DNA of 64,000 nucleotides from a virus. Lineage: Duplodnaviria > Caudoviricetes. The stretch is from IMG/VR virus record IMGVR_UViG_3300028833_000053, one strand, 5' to 3'. The notes under the pieces are model-generated. The model saw nothing but the letters and a program-made list of their open reading frames with translations, searched no databases and had not been told where the DNA came from. Made by a program: the position numbers and the translations under genes. Within the stretch, counting starts at the first letter, position 1. Every line of letters starts with the position of its first letter. Shown here one piece after another: positions 33,781 to 44,472 of this stretch.

Positions 33781-33951
33781 ATGAAGAAACTAAACATAAC
33801 GAAGGAGCAGTTCAACCGTATCAGCTACTTCCAGAGGAAATACGGCAAACTGGAGTGTGTGTCCGAATCAGGAAGACTGATCAAGACGAACAAAGGCAAG
33901 GTTCTGATGTTCAAGGAATCCACCAGAAAGTTCAGAAGGAAATTTGCCTGA
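33781..33951 (+). CDS. Stand-alone copy of the repeated KKLNITKE module (56 aa)
   Basis: MKKLNITKEQFNRISYFQRKYGKLECVSESGRLIKTNKGKVLMFKES; GAGG RBS; paralogs near 12330-12470 and at 63391. Confidence 0.7.
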   Translation: MKKLNITKEQFNRISYFQRKYGKLECVSESGRLIKTNKGKVLMFKESTRKFRRKFA

Positions 33952-33989
33952 TAGAATCATATGATTCCATTATTGTTGGATAAACAATC

Positions 33990-34019
33990 AAATGGACTGG
34001 ATTTCTCCAGTCCATTTTT
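33990..34019. terminator. Bidirectional intrinsic terminator
   Basis: AAATGGACTGGA-tttc-TCCAGTCCATTTT. Confidence 0.8.
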
Positions 34020-34022
34020 GCT

Positions 34023-34916
34023 TTATGCAGGAACTTTCAACACCTGCCCTTGCTTGATGGTGTCGGACTTCAATCCGTTAAGTTCCTTTATCTTGGCAAC
34101 TTTTTTCATGTCCTTTCCAGAAATGCTCCAAAGAGTGTCCCCGTCTTTTACCGTATAAGTTTGGGTTTTTCCTTTCAATCTATTTGCCGTGCGTGTGACA
34201 TCCTTGAGTTCACCTACCTTGTGCCTACCAACCATTTCGGCATTCAACAATTGGCTTGCCCAATCCGGATTTGCCTTATTGGGGTTGTAGTATGCGTTCC
34301 AATGCGAGTCCACTGGCTTGAACGTTCCATCTATTGCTGACTTTGCAAGGTTCACGCAAACGTCCCATGAACTTGCCTCCTTGCCTGAGCCATTCACAGC
34401 CCCCTTTGGAAATTGAATTGAATATGTGGAAGGTGTCTTTCCGGTTATTTTGTTCCAGCAAGAGAATTGAAGTGGCTTAAGGCAAACGTCTGCCAAGTTC
34501 TCAGCTTTACCACCAGCGCGGTTCCATATCACGGTCAAAACCATGTTCAACCCCACGTCCCCTTCGCCACGAGCCTCCATGTACAACGTCCTTGCAAGGA
34601 TGTTCAACGCGAAATCCTTACGCCACTTCCCCAACATTTCGGGTTTCTTCTTTGACTGTTCTATGACATCCTTCAATTCGCTTTGCGTGATGTTGATCTT
34701 TCCGTTTTCAACTTTCTTGTCTTGCACAAGATGCAGGATTCCTTTCTTGAATTCCGCGCCCTCCACTATGCTTGAAGAACCGAGAAGGAACGCCAGAACG
34801 CCAAATGCTATGGCTTTGCCAGCTCCTTCTTCTACAAGTTCATCGTCAACTATGTTCAATACAAGGTTGTCTAGGTCAATGGTATTTTCTTCCAACATTA
34901 TCCGTTTCCACTTCAT
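34023..34916 (-). CDS. SleB/Hydrolase_2 cell-wall hydrolase with C-terminal LysM
   Basis: LARTLYMEARGEG...VIWNR...QFSCWN...YYNP...PDWA...VGRH; LysM YTVKDGDTLWSI...IKELNGLKSDTIKQGQVLKVP. Confidence 0.9.
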   Translation of the reverse strand: MKWKRIMLEENTIDLDNLVLNIVDDELVEEGAGKAIAFGVLAFLLGSSSIVEGAEFKKGILHLVQDKKVENGKINITQSELKDVIEQSKKKPEMLGKWRKDFALNILARTLYMEARGEGDVGLNMVLTVIWNRAGGKAENLADVCLKPLQFSCWNKITGKTPSTYSIQFPKGAVNGSGKEASSWDVCVNLAKSAIDGTFKPVDSHWNAYYNPNKANPDWASQLLNAEMVGRHKVGELKDVTRTANRLKGKTQTYTVKDGDTLWSISGKDMKKVAKIKELNGLKSDTIKQGQVLKVPA

Positions 34917-35001
34917 ATGAACTATTTACCATCTTAATTTGAAGTCCCTTTTTTGTAAATACAATGTGAGATTGAAAACACCAAACAGAAGGTGAAACAA
35001 C

Positions 35002-36369
35002 ATGGCAGTTAACAACGATAAGCACAAAAGACCACCACCAAGACCTTATGGTCTTCCACCTCCGCCACCCCCGATGTATGGATACCCTCCGATACCGGGA
35101 ACCTATGGCGTGTATCCCTATCCCGGTGGATATGGAATTCCGCCCCCGCCTGCTCCAGAGCCACCACCTCATGTGCAGGAACCCCAGGAACAAGAGGATT
35201 TGACCCCACCCGATCCAACTCCAACATATGACAACAACGTGGTTGCAACGCAATCTTGGGTGAAGTCCATGTTGAACAAGTTCAGGGATTGGACGAAGTT
35301 CTTTGCCACCGAGCAGCTTGAGGTTGGTGGAACGATAAACGCAGGAAGGTTGAAGACGGTTGACCTTCAGACAAACGACATCTATGCTTCAAGGCTCACG
35401 TTGCTTGACCCCAACGGACGTCCGGCGCAAGTATACATTGACGAAAAGGGCAACCTTCAAATCAACTACGACTTCCAGGACGTGTTCATCTATCCCGGAC
35501 TTGGCGACGTGGAAATCAAGAGGTATGTGTACAGATATGGTTTCTTGCCTGAGCAGATTGCGTCCAACTTTGTTGGACTTACGCCATATCAGACACTTGC
35601 AAACTTCGTTCCCTATGACGCGACCGAGGCGAAGAAGTTCAACGACAAGATTTGCTTCAAGTTTTGCGAGGCGGATGGACGTGACGTTCTCATTGACAAG
35701 ACGATGCTCTTTATGTGCAACCAGACAAAGAGGATTGTTGGAATTGACGTTTGGGACGAGTACGGGGAGCTTATCCCACAGAAGTGCATTGTCCTGCCAA
35801 CCGACAAGGTTTACAGGAAGGTGACGTTGAACATGCCCAGCTTCATAAACGACATTCCTTTCCCATGTCCGCATAACCACGAGCATTGCCCCGAGCATGA
35901 CAAGACGCATGAGCAGGAACACGAGGCTGTTGCGCATAGTGAAGATGGAACTTGTGGCGAGACGCAAGATGGAAACTTGCATCCTGGACATGTCACAACC
36001 GGACACATCCATCATGGAATTGCCCGCGTGATTCTTCCTGGCGACTATCCAATGTCGGCAAGTGGCGATGAATGGGAGGCGTTCCAGCCGCCATACTTGA
36101 ATCCTTGCAGGCCGTCCTATTTGTGGCATCCTTCCCCGTTTGTACCACCGATGCCACCTCATCCATATCCTCACTTGACACATGACATCTACGAGGATTA
36201 CGGTGGGTTGACTTGCGAGGCGTTCAACAAGCCCTTGAACATAGAACCTGGCTACAAGGTTGTGTATGAGGACTATGAGACGAACACCTATTACAACATC
36301 TGCTTGAAGAGAAGCTATTTCCTTTAGAACAAAAAACAGTTCATTGCAATCAAGACGGCAGATGCCTAA
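35002..36369 (+). CDS. Pro-rich/His-rich late protein, possibly fibre- or baseplate-associated, code 15
   Basis: GTAAATA 34955; TAG at 36325 read through to TAA 36367-36369. Confidence 0.65.
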
Positions 36370-36396
36370 TGGGTTTGTGTAGATTGAAAAACAAAA

Positions 36397-36428
36397 GAAG
36401 GTCCGACATTTGTCGGACCTTTTGCTTT
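36397..36428. terminator. Bidirectional intrinsic terminator
   Basis: AAGGTCCGACA-tt-TGTCGGACCTTTT. Confidence 0.7.
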
Positions 36429-36443
36429 TATATGGAAAAGCAA

Positions 36444-38531
36444 TCAATAGTTGTTTCTTGACAAGATGTTGATGTTCTTGTTCACCACCCTTATTCTCTT
36501 GCGCAATTCGTATTCCGTGTTGGTGTAGAGAACCGGGAACATGAAAGGTTCAAGGCTGATGTTTCCACTGTGAATCTTCAAGTCGTCGCCAAGGTTTATG
36601 AGCGAGGTGTTTGTGGTGAAAGATGCCATTGAAATGCCATGCGTGTATGTTGGGTTCTCGTTCAATCCAGATTGATACACAGTGTATATGTCGGAAATGG
36701 CCGGCACTTTCTCCATTATGAGGTTCACGATGTCGTTTGTGTTGAAGGAGCCGAAACCAACTTGCCTGTTCTTCACGTTGAAGAAGTACGTGAACAATGA
36801 GCAAACGCGCTCAATCACTTCATATGACGATATGGAATAGTCGTCGTTCACGCGGATTTCCAACCATGAAGCATCGTAAGTTGTATCGTCCTCCTTGCGT
36901 ATTTGCGGAACAGTTGTGGAACGGTTTGATTGAAGATATTGCTTTGCCATTTCCTCCGGAACGCTGGAAATTTCACAACGTATTGGCAAGGCTGGCAAAA
37001 ACACGGGTTCGTGGCACAAGTCCTTTATGTCAACCATCATGGACTTGCAACGTTGAACCATCTGGTCGTAGTTGATGTCAGAAACGTCTCCGAAGTTGGT
37101 TATGTACCAAACATATACGTTGTTGGAGTCAACGGCGTCGGACAATGACGCGCCGCCATACTTCGTGAACCTTGCGGGGTTGAGGTAGAACCTTGGGTTG
37201 TTGTGCTTTGTCACGCCAAGTTGGTTCAACCATCGGTAGAACGTTGCGGCGTATTCCCAGTTGTTCATCACCTTCACGGAGTTGAACATGCCGTTGATGG
37301 AAGGTTCGTTCATTATGAAGAACTCGTAGTCCTCTTTTGTCACAAGGCGGTTGTTCAACTTGAACCAATGCGGAGCACGTTCCCGTATGTTCTCCACAGT
37401 TTCCTCTTGCATTGCGGACGTTGAACCGGTAAGAACCTTGCAAGAGATTTCCGTTACGTTGTATGCGTCCTCTCCGAATATGGCTCTGTAAAGTTCTTCG
37501 CTTATGTTGAACAAGGCGGGACCGTGCTGGAACTCCAATTCCGATGCACTCGGTTGAACTCCCCCATCCATGCCCTGCGTTTCCAGATAAAACACGTAGA
37601 GTTCAGAATTTGGCGTGAGTTTCTTGGTTGTGATGCCATCACCGAATTTCAATACCAGTTGTTTTATCTCGTTCAGTTCAACGTTGAACACGTTGCAGTC
37701 GTCGCCTCCCAAGCCATTGTACAAGAAATTGTGCAATTGGTCGGTGTCGTTCATGTTGGGAAGCCCCTTGAACAATCCCGCGTTTGTTGGGTGGAAGATG
37801 TTTATGGTGGTTTGCGTCCAATCAACTTCGTTGGGGTTGTCTGGCATCATTTTCTTTATGACTTCCACGGCGAAGATGTGTGAGGTTGTGGCGTATTTTT
37901 GCTCCGCCAGTTCGCTTCTCACCATTGGCATCACGAACGTCTCGAAGTCGGAGCCGTTCGGTGTGAAGATGGTTTGGTATCTTTTCCACATACCATTGTG
38001 CAGAACAATGTCATAGGGTTCATCTTCATCCAAGTTCCGAGGGATTATGCAGCTTTGCCACCTGTAGGGCGAATAGGAATAGTATTTTCCGCCGCTTGTT
38101 GTCACAAGCGAAAATGGTGGTATGCTAACTTCCTTGTCAAGGTTTGCCTTTACAAGTTCTCCTGCGTTTTCAATTCGGAACATCGCCGTTGATGGCGTTA
38201 TGCCCTGGGCGTTGTAGCCCAGCAACTTCGCTATGCGAACGATGTTCTCGTAGTATTGCGATTGGCTGAACATGGATTCGGACGCCGCGTGGTTCAACTG
38301 GTATGTCAAGGTTTGGTACATCGTGGCAACCAGGTCAACCAATATCGCTATGTTGGAACCTGGATATACCTAGTCCCTTGTAGCCGGGTCTTCAATCAAC
38401 TTCCTTATAATCAAGTCGCGCATTTGGTATGCGTTGAAGGTGGCGTACTTTACCGGAAAATCCTTTGAAAGCGAGACGTTCTCCTTGGAAAACCTCTTTT
38501 CGTCGTCGTAGTTTGTCTTTGAAACACTCAT
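36444..38531 (-). CDS. Baseplate wedge subunit (T4 gp6-like), code 15
   Basis: ATG 38531; D(TAG)VYPGSNIAILVDL, ESMFSQSQYYENIVRIAKLLGY, LKFGDG, ETVENIRERAP...NRLVTKEDY. Confidence 0.88.
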
Positions 38532-38670
38532 GTCTGGTGATACCTTTCAGATTTCTCAAACGTTATTTACCATTCAGAGGATTTTTACGAGATTTTTGTA
38601 AAACGCATACAAGTTTTTGAACATATTTGCGTAAATATAGATAGTATCTAAAAAGAAAGTTGGTTATTCA

Positions 38671-39717
38671 ATGAAAGTCTCTGAAACAACGCAAAAGATA
38701 TATGATGGGATTTCAACCATTCTCAAGGAGAATGGGCAACCCTTGACAAAGGCTCAGGCGTATGCCATTGAAAGCCTTGTTGAGACGGTTGAGGAATCCA
38801 CGGAGAAGAGGTGCTGCGAAGTGACCGAGCAGATTTTGGCGAAGAAGGATCAATTGGTGAAGGAAGCCGAGAGCAAGGTTACGGACAATGTTGTTTCCGA
38901 GGCTACGATTGAAAAAGTCAACGCGATGGTGGAAAGCAGGATTGAGCAGTTGAAGAAGGAAATCCCCCAGGTGCTGGACTATGCGAGGATGAAGAAGCTG
39001 GAGGGCTGCGTGGAAACCATCAAGGAATGCGTTGGATACAGGGCTGACGAGCAGGTTGAAAAGGTGGCGAACGAAAGCGCGAAAATGCTGAAGTCCACCA
39101 AGACCCTGATTGAGACGCAGGCAAAGCAGATTTCTGAGAAGGTTGCATCGTTGAACGAGAGTACAAAGAAGATTGACGAACTGGAGAAGAAGGTCAAGCA
39201 GATGCAAATGACGATAGATGCGAAGGAAAAACAGATAGTTGAAAGCACGAAGAAGAACCTGGAGTTGGTAAAGGACGTTCAGGGGCTTCAGAAGAAAGTT
39301 GAAGAGAGCAAGAAGGTAAACGAGACGATTGAGGAAAAGAGGAAAAACGAAGCGTTGAAGTTCTATTTGGAACAGAAGATAGCAAGTTATCCGAAGTACG
39401 AGGCAACTCTTCTCAGAAAACATTTTCAAAACGCAAGGTCGCGGGCCGAGATAGATGAGAACTTCCAAAAGGTGCTGTCCATGGTACAGGAGAAAAGGGA
39501 CGCAATGAGGACGGTCCAGGCGATTCCGGTGGCGAAAGTCAACGTGAATGAAACGACCAAGAAAGAACAGATTTCAGGTGAAACTATTGTCGGAGAAAGT
39601 GGTGGTTCCGAACAGGAAGTGTCTGGCTCAATGCTGGATGATTCGTTCGTGGACATTGATATGGACAATGACGTAATCAGCAACGAACAGATGCAGAACT
39701 GGATGGACCGTCTCTGA
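38671..39717 (+). CDS. Prohead core scaffolding protein (T4 gp22-like)
   Basis: Coiled-coil, Glu/Lys-rich, many xxE-S/A/T sites, immediately upstream of the major capsid gene; GTAAATA 38631. Confidence 0.75.
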   Translation: MKVSETTQKIYDGISTILKENGQPLTKAQAYAIESLVETVEESTEKRCCEVTEQILAKKDQLVKEAESKVTDNVVSEATIEKVNAMVESRIEQLKKEIPQVLDYARMKKLEGCVETIKECVGYRADEQVEKVANESAKMLKSTKTLIETQAKQISEKVASLNESTKKIDELEKKVKQMQMTIDAKEKQIVESTKKNLELVKDVQGLQKKVEESKKVNETIEEKRKNEALKFYLEQKIASYPKYEATLLRKHFQNARSRAEIDENFQKVLSMVQEKRDAMRTVQAIPVAKVNVNETTKKEQISGETIVGESGGSEQEVSGSMLDDSFVDIDMDNDVISNEQMQNWMDRL

Positions 39718-39758
39718 CATACTTCACACCAAAGCAAATAACAAACAGGTAAACTAAC

Positions 39759-41366
39759 ATGTTTAAGACAAACTCAGATTATCAGAAGAAGCTGCTCAAG
39801 CGTTGGGCGCCGATTCTTGAAAAGGGTGCGCCAATTGAGAGCGTCGAGAAGAAGCTCGTGGTTGCGCAGTGCCTTGAGAACACCCGCAAGGAGTTCTGCA
39901 AGAAGGGTCTCTTCACGGAGGCCGCTCCTTCCAACACGAACAACCTCGATGCACGTCATCCTACCTACAATGCTCCTATTTCTGGTCAGGGCGTGTTGAC
40001 GGCGAACGACTACATCCTTCCTAACGTTGTGATGCCTATGCTCCGCCGTATTTTCCCAACCCTCATGGCTCACGAACTCGTCGGAGTCCAGGCGATGACC
40101 GGTCCTACGGGACTTGTCATGGCTCTTCGTGCAGTTGCTGCTAACCCAGAGCGCGTTGGTCTTCCTCAGGGATATGAATTCGGCTACGGCAACAAGGGTC
40201 GTGCCAACCAGAGCATCTTCACGGGCGACGTCGCATCCAAGACCGCAGTGAAGGGTTATGGCAATAACGATGAGGAGAAGGAAGCCAACCTCATGAACAA
40301 GCTCTACAGAGAGAATGGTCCGCTTGATGAAATCGGCGCGTTCTTGAATGGTCAGTATGGTTCTCAGTCTGGCCGTGGCGTTGCTACGGGCAATGGCGAG
40401 GGCTTTGCAAGGGGAACCGATGGCACTTACACTGGCATTGATGGTAAAGATTATCCTTATGGAAATGGAGCTGGTGGTTATGCCAAGGGTTATGCCGGCG
40501 CTTCTGGCGACATTGACCCAACCTTCGGTCACTGGAGGAACAACACGTATCCTCAGGCTACCATCAAGTTCGAGAAGCGTCTGGTCGCCGCCGAGACCCG
40601 TAAGCTGGGTTCCGAGTGGACACCAGAGGACGCCGAGGACTTGGAGGCAATGCAGGGTATTGACCTTGAGACGGAGATGACCAACCTCATTTCCTATCAG
40701 ATTGGCGCTGAAATCGACCAGCAGATCAAGGAGTCCATGATTCTCGCCGCTTGGAAGGACAGCAAGGTTCTTGACGTTTCCAAGCTCGATGGTCTTGACC
40801 AGATGGGCCGTATCGCCGCGATGTTGACCTTCGTGACCCGTGAGGCTAACGAGATCTCCATCAAGACCCGCCGTGGCGCAGGTAACTTCGTTCTTGCTTC
40901 CACAACGGTCTGCTCTTGCTTGCAGCAGCTTGGCACATCCAAGCTCGTCAGCGATGGCAAGACGATGCCTTCTGTTCCTGCTTCCGCAATCGGAGCAATG
41001 ACGAAGGAAGGTCTCATCAACGATGGCCGTCAGTTGCTCGTCCGCGACACCAACACGTTCGGTTCCTACGCCCTCGTTGGCTACAAGGGAACTCACGCCG
41101 GTGACAGTGGTATCATCTACTGCCCATACATCCCTGTGACCCTCTACAAGGCTATCAAGCCTGAGAACGGCCTCAGCGTGATTGGCGCACGTACCCGCTA
41201 TGGCTTGGTTGACAACCCATACGATGCTGAGAACTTCTATTCTCTCATCAAGTTCACGGGCTTCGACCAGGGTTACAGCCTTGGAAACTCCAACCGCACC
41301 TTCTTCGGTGACGCGACGGATTCTTCCGACTCTAACTTCAGCCACCGTAGTGGTCTCATTGGCTAA
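39759..41366 (+). CDS. Major capsid protein (T4 gp23-like)
   Basis: KRWAPIL...LEN, LVGVQAMTGPTGLV, AETRKLGSEWTPEDAEDLEAMQGID, TRRGAGNF, GYKG...IYCPYIP, TRYGLVDNPY. Confidence 0.96.
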   Translation: MFKTNSDYQKKLLKRWAPILEKGAPIESVEKKLVVAQCLENTRKEFCKKGLFTEAAPSNTNNLDARHPTYNAPISGQGVLTANDYILPNVVMPMLRRIFPTLMAHELVGVQAMTGPTGLVMALRAVAANPERVGLPQGYEFGYGNKGRANQSIFTGDVASKTAVKGYGNNDEEKEANLMNKLYRENGPLDEIGAFLNGQYGSQSGRGVATGNGEGFARGTDGTYTGIDGKDYPYGNGAGGYAKGYAGASGDIDPTFGHWRNNTYPQATIKFEKRLVAAETRKLGSEWTPEDAEDLEAMQGIDLETEMTNLISYQIGAEIDQQIKESMILAAWKDSKVLDVSKLDGLDQMGRIAAMLTFVTREANEISIKTRRGAGNFVLASTTVCSCLQQLGTSKLVSDGKTMPSVPASAIGAMTKEGLINDGRQLLVRDTNTFGSYALVGYKGTHAGDSGIIYCPYIPVTLYKAIKPENGLSVIGARTRYGLVDNPYDAENFYSLIKFTGFDQGYSLGNSNRTFFGDATDSSDSNFSHRSGLIG

Positions 41367-41390
41367 TCCAACGTTTGATTGGTCAAATGC

Positions 41391-41430
41391 AAAAAGATGG
41401 TTGGATGAAAAATCCAGCCATCTTTTGTTT
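41391..41430. terminator. Bidirectional intrinsic terminator after the capsid gene
   Basis: AAAAGATGGtTGGAT-gaaaa-ATCCAgCCATCTTTT. Confidence 0.8.
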
Positions 41431-42620
41431 TATGGTCTTTCCACGTTGAACTTTACGTGGTGTTTCTCGCACCATTCCTTCAATGCATCGTATTCCACTA
41501 TCTCAATAGTTCCCTTGAACCAAAGACTTGAAAACCTGCCTGTCATACGTCTGTGCGTGAAATGGCGTATCTTCTTGTCCTTTTTGTCAAGCCACATCAC
41601 ATGGAAGCCGCGTGGTCCGCTTATGACAATGAAATCAACGTTCTCTGGGTTTTTCCAATAGTGCTTAATTGCCTGTATGAGGCAATTTGACCAGAATGGC
41701 TTGTGGTTGTTTTCAGTTTCATATTCTTGAAAATCAGGATAGTATGCTGACATTCTTTTCTCCTATCAATAAAGTCCAAAGTCGTAATCGTTCTTGATGC
41801 AAAACCTTTTCGCCTGTTCAATGCTGTCAAATCCCTCTATGGTTTCATCCGTTGAAGCATCCACTACATACCACTTGAAGTGTTCAAGCTTCATTCTCTT
41901 TCCGGGATTTTTCTTGGTCTTTCTGTACTTTGCCAACCTGTCTTGGTATTTCTTGTAGTATTTCTCCCCAAATGCAAAGTCCTTGCCCATTTCATTTGCC
42001 ACGATGTTGCAAAGTTTCTTTTCATATTCGGAATGCGTCCAGTTGTTGAATGGTGAGTTTTCGTTGTACTCAACCTTGTCCGTTTTCCTCACTATGCGGA
42101 CTTTTCTGAATGGCAGGTTTTTCAAGGTCATGCCTTTCTCTCAACATAGTAGTCGCCCAAAGTGTCCTTCTTGACGTTACAGACAACCCCACATTGTTTC
42201 TTCATTATGCCACGGAGACATTTGAGCAAGCCCCATTGCTTTTGGGTGTCAAGCCCCTCGAATTCCTTCATCTGTATCAGGGAGATAATGTCCGCCACTA
42301 TCTCCATGTAGGTGGAATACTCGATGTCAATTGTCATTGGGATTCCTTGAAGGGTTTGTTAAGCGAAGTTCAACGCGGTGCTTGTCCATACTGTACTGCC
42401 TGTCGATGAAGTTGGTCTCCACGTTACTCACTTCAAGCAACTGGCGGAACAGTTTGCGCTCGTATTCCTTGCCAGGGCAGTGGTATTTGATTACGAGTTT
42501 CTCCGCATAGCCGGAATTCTCGTAGTTGCTTATCATCACAGATGATATAATCCAAATCAATCCTACGAGAAACGCGCCCATAAGAAAGCCAAAAAACAGG
42601 GATTTTGTGTCTTCTTCCAT
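41430..42620 (-). CDS. Four small hypothetical ORFs (41430..41753, 41766..42131, 42128..42337, 42327..42620; the last has an N-terminal TM segment)
   Basis: Overlapping or abutting starts and stops; TTTACA-N17-TATAAT upstream near 42643-42671. Confidence 0.6.
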
Positions 42621-42679
42621 TTGAAGTGATTTCCTTTCACTTCATTATACATCTTTTTTGCAATGATGTAAAGTGTGGA

Positions 42680-44431
42680 TTATATTTCAATGTCCACAAT
42701 CTTGTCAAACTTCCCCTTGTCGTAGAATTCCTTGTAAAGGCGTTTTCTTTCGGTTCCGTGCCGCTTGGAGTATTTCATGGAATAGACGGAATCTATGACC
42801 TCGCACTGCTTGCCCTCCTTCAAGCGCAGAATTCTTCCAATTGACTGTATGGTTCTCGCCATGGACTTGCCGCCGACGAACAGAACCAGTTTTGACAGGG
42901 ACTTGATGTTGATTCCTGTTGAAAGGATTGCGGATTGTCCCACAAGGAGGCAACCCGAATTGTCCTCAACGTACTTTCTCACACGTTCGCGTTCCGCGAC
43001 TGGAATTGAGCCGTCAATGAACAACGGCGTTCTGTCAATCAACTTGCGCTCTTTCAACAAGTCAAGGTAGTTGAAGAGCCTTTCGCCCATTTCCGTTCTG
43101 TCAAACAAGATGATGGCGTTGTCTTCCGGCGTTGTTTCGTTGATGATGTAGTTCAACACAGGTTGGAACAACTTTTCGCAGTTGTCAACCATGTACTTCT
43201 GCTCCGCCCTGAATGGGTCTCCGCTTCCAACCAAGGACATTCCAGTTTCGTCAACGGAATTCACCTTGTAGATGGAATTGGGGTGGAAGAGCAGTTCCCT
43301 GTTTGACATGACATCCTTCACCTCTATGTTCAATCTTGTGATGTCGCAATGGGAAATGAAGCCCTGGTCTTGAAGTTCTGTAACTGACGTGTCAAACACC
43401 TTCGGTCCCGTCAACCCCACCATCTGGTAGAACTTGAACCCCTTTGGCAATGTACCGGACAACCCAACGCGCAACTTGGTTTCAATCAAGAAGTTCTCCA
43501 ATACGGAGAAACCCGCCGTTCCGTGGTTGAAGGTCTTGTGAGCCTCGTCCCCAATCACCATGTCAATCTTCCCAATCTCCGCTATGTGCTGGAGGCAGTA
43601 GGTTGAGTTTGCAATCACGATGTTTGCGGTCAGAAGGTTTGCCTTGTCCTTCTTCTTTGTCGCGCCCGAAAACCTGCACACCTCGCTGTCCTTGAAGCCG
43701 TACTCCAGCAAGTCCTTGTAGAACTGCTCCACCAACTGGATGTTGGGGACGTAAATCAACGTGCGGAAGGTTTCACCCTTGAAGAATTGCTGTTGCAGAG
43801 TGTATATGAGATTCGCTATGATGAAGGACTTGCCTGAACCCGTCGGGGATTGAATCAAGCACCTTCCATTCCCCTTGAGTATTATGGCGCGTATGGCATC
43901 TTCCTGGTATGGGCGCATGACGCGCACGTTGGGATCTTCGGGATCTTCCGCGCGGTCAAGGGAAATGTTGTCAACCTCGAAGTTGTCCTTGTCAATGTTC
44001 AACTCTGTCATCTTCTTGGCAAGTGGAACAAGGTACTCGTAGATGTAGGACTTCGCCCTTGGTCCGATTAGAACCATTTGGCTTGAAGCCATCTTCATGG
44101 GGTTCAACTCGAAGTCGTTCACGATGAAGTTCAATACCTCAAAGAGAAGCCCAGTGGGGAAATAGCCAAACGGTGATACCGCATATAGATACAACGGCTC
44201 CCTTCTTCCAGTGAAGAAACTGGACTGGTCAATCTCCCTGAAATGGCGAACAATCTTGTCAAGGTGTATGGCGTTGCGCACGTACATCCGGAACATCATC
44301 TGCTGGTTGTCAAATCCAACGTAGAACTTGAAGTTCGGGTTTGTGTACATCAAGTCGTCCATATCGTCCACGTATGGAAGATACTTGCGCTGGATTGTCT
44401 GAGATATGTTGTTATGTCCTGTTGTTGCCAT
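42680..44431 (-). CDS. uvsW: SF2 DNA helicase (T4 UvsW-like)
   Basis: SPTGSGKS, GDEAH, GLSGT, LSTGINI, QSIGRILR. Confidence 0.88.
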   Translation of the reverse strand: MATTGHNNISQTIQRKYLPYVDDMDDLMYTNPNFKFYVGFDNQQMMFRMYVRNAIHLDKIVRHFREIDQSSFFTGRREPLYLYAVSPFGYFPTGLLFEVLNFIVNDFELNPMKMASSQMVLIGPRAKSYIYEYLVPLAKKMTELNIDKDNFEVDNISLDRAEDPEDPNVRVMRPYQEDAIRAIILKGNGRCLIQSPTGSGKSFIIANLIYTLQQQFFKGETFRTLIYVPNIQLVEQFYKDLLEYGFKDSEVCRFSGATKKKDKANLLTANIVIANSTYCLQHIAEIGKIDMVIGDEAHKTFNHGTAGFSVLENFLIETKLRVGLSGTLPKGFKFYQMVGLTGPKVFDTSVTELQDQGFISHCDITRLNIEVKDVMSNRELLFHPNSIYKVNSVDETGMSLVGSGDPFRAEQKYMVDNCEKLFQPVLNYIINETTPEDNAIILFDRTEMGERLFNYLDLLKERKLIDRTPLFIDGSIPVAERERVRKYVEDNSGCLLVGQSAILSTGINIKSLSKLVLFVGGKSMARTIQSIGRILRLKEGKQCEVIDSVYSMKYSKRHGTERKRLYKEFYDKGKFDKIVDIEI

Positions 44432-44472
44432 TTATATTATTATACCACAAATGGGATATTTCATAAAGGATG

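Noticed and set aside
39774-41345. 523-aa antisense ORF over the capsid gene (also 17783..18721, 10253..11497, 22995..23969, 35389..36447)
   Set aside because: Shadow ORFs from codon bias opposite well-supported genes; no motifs or RBS.
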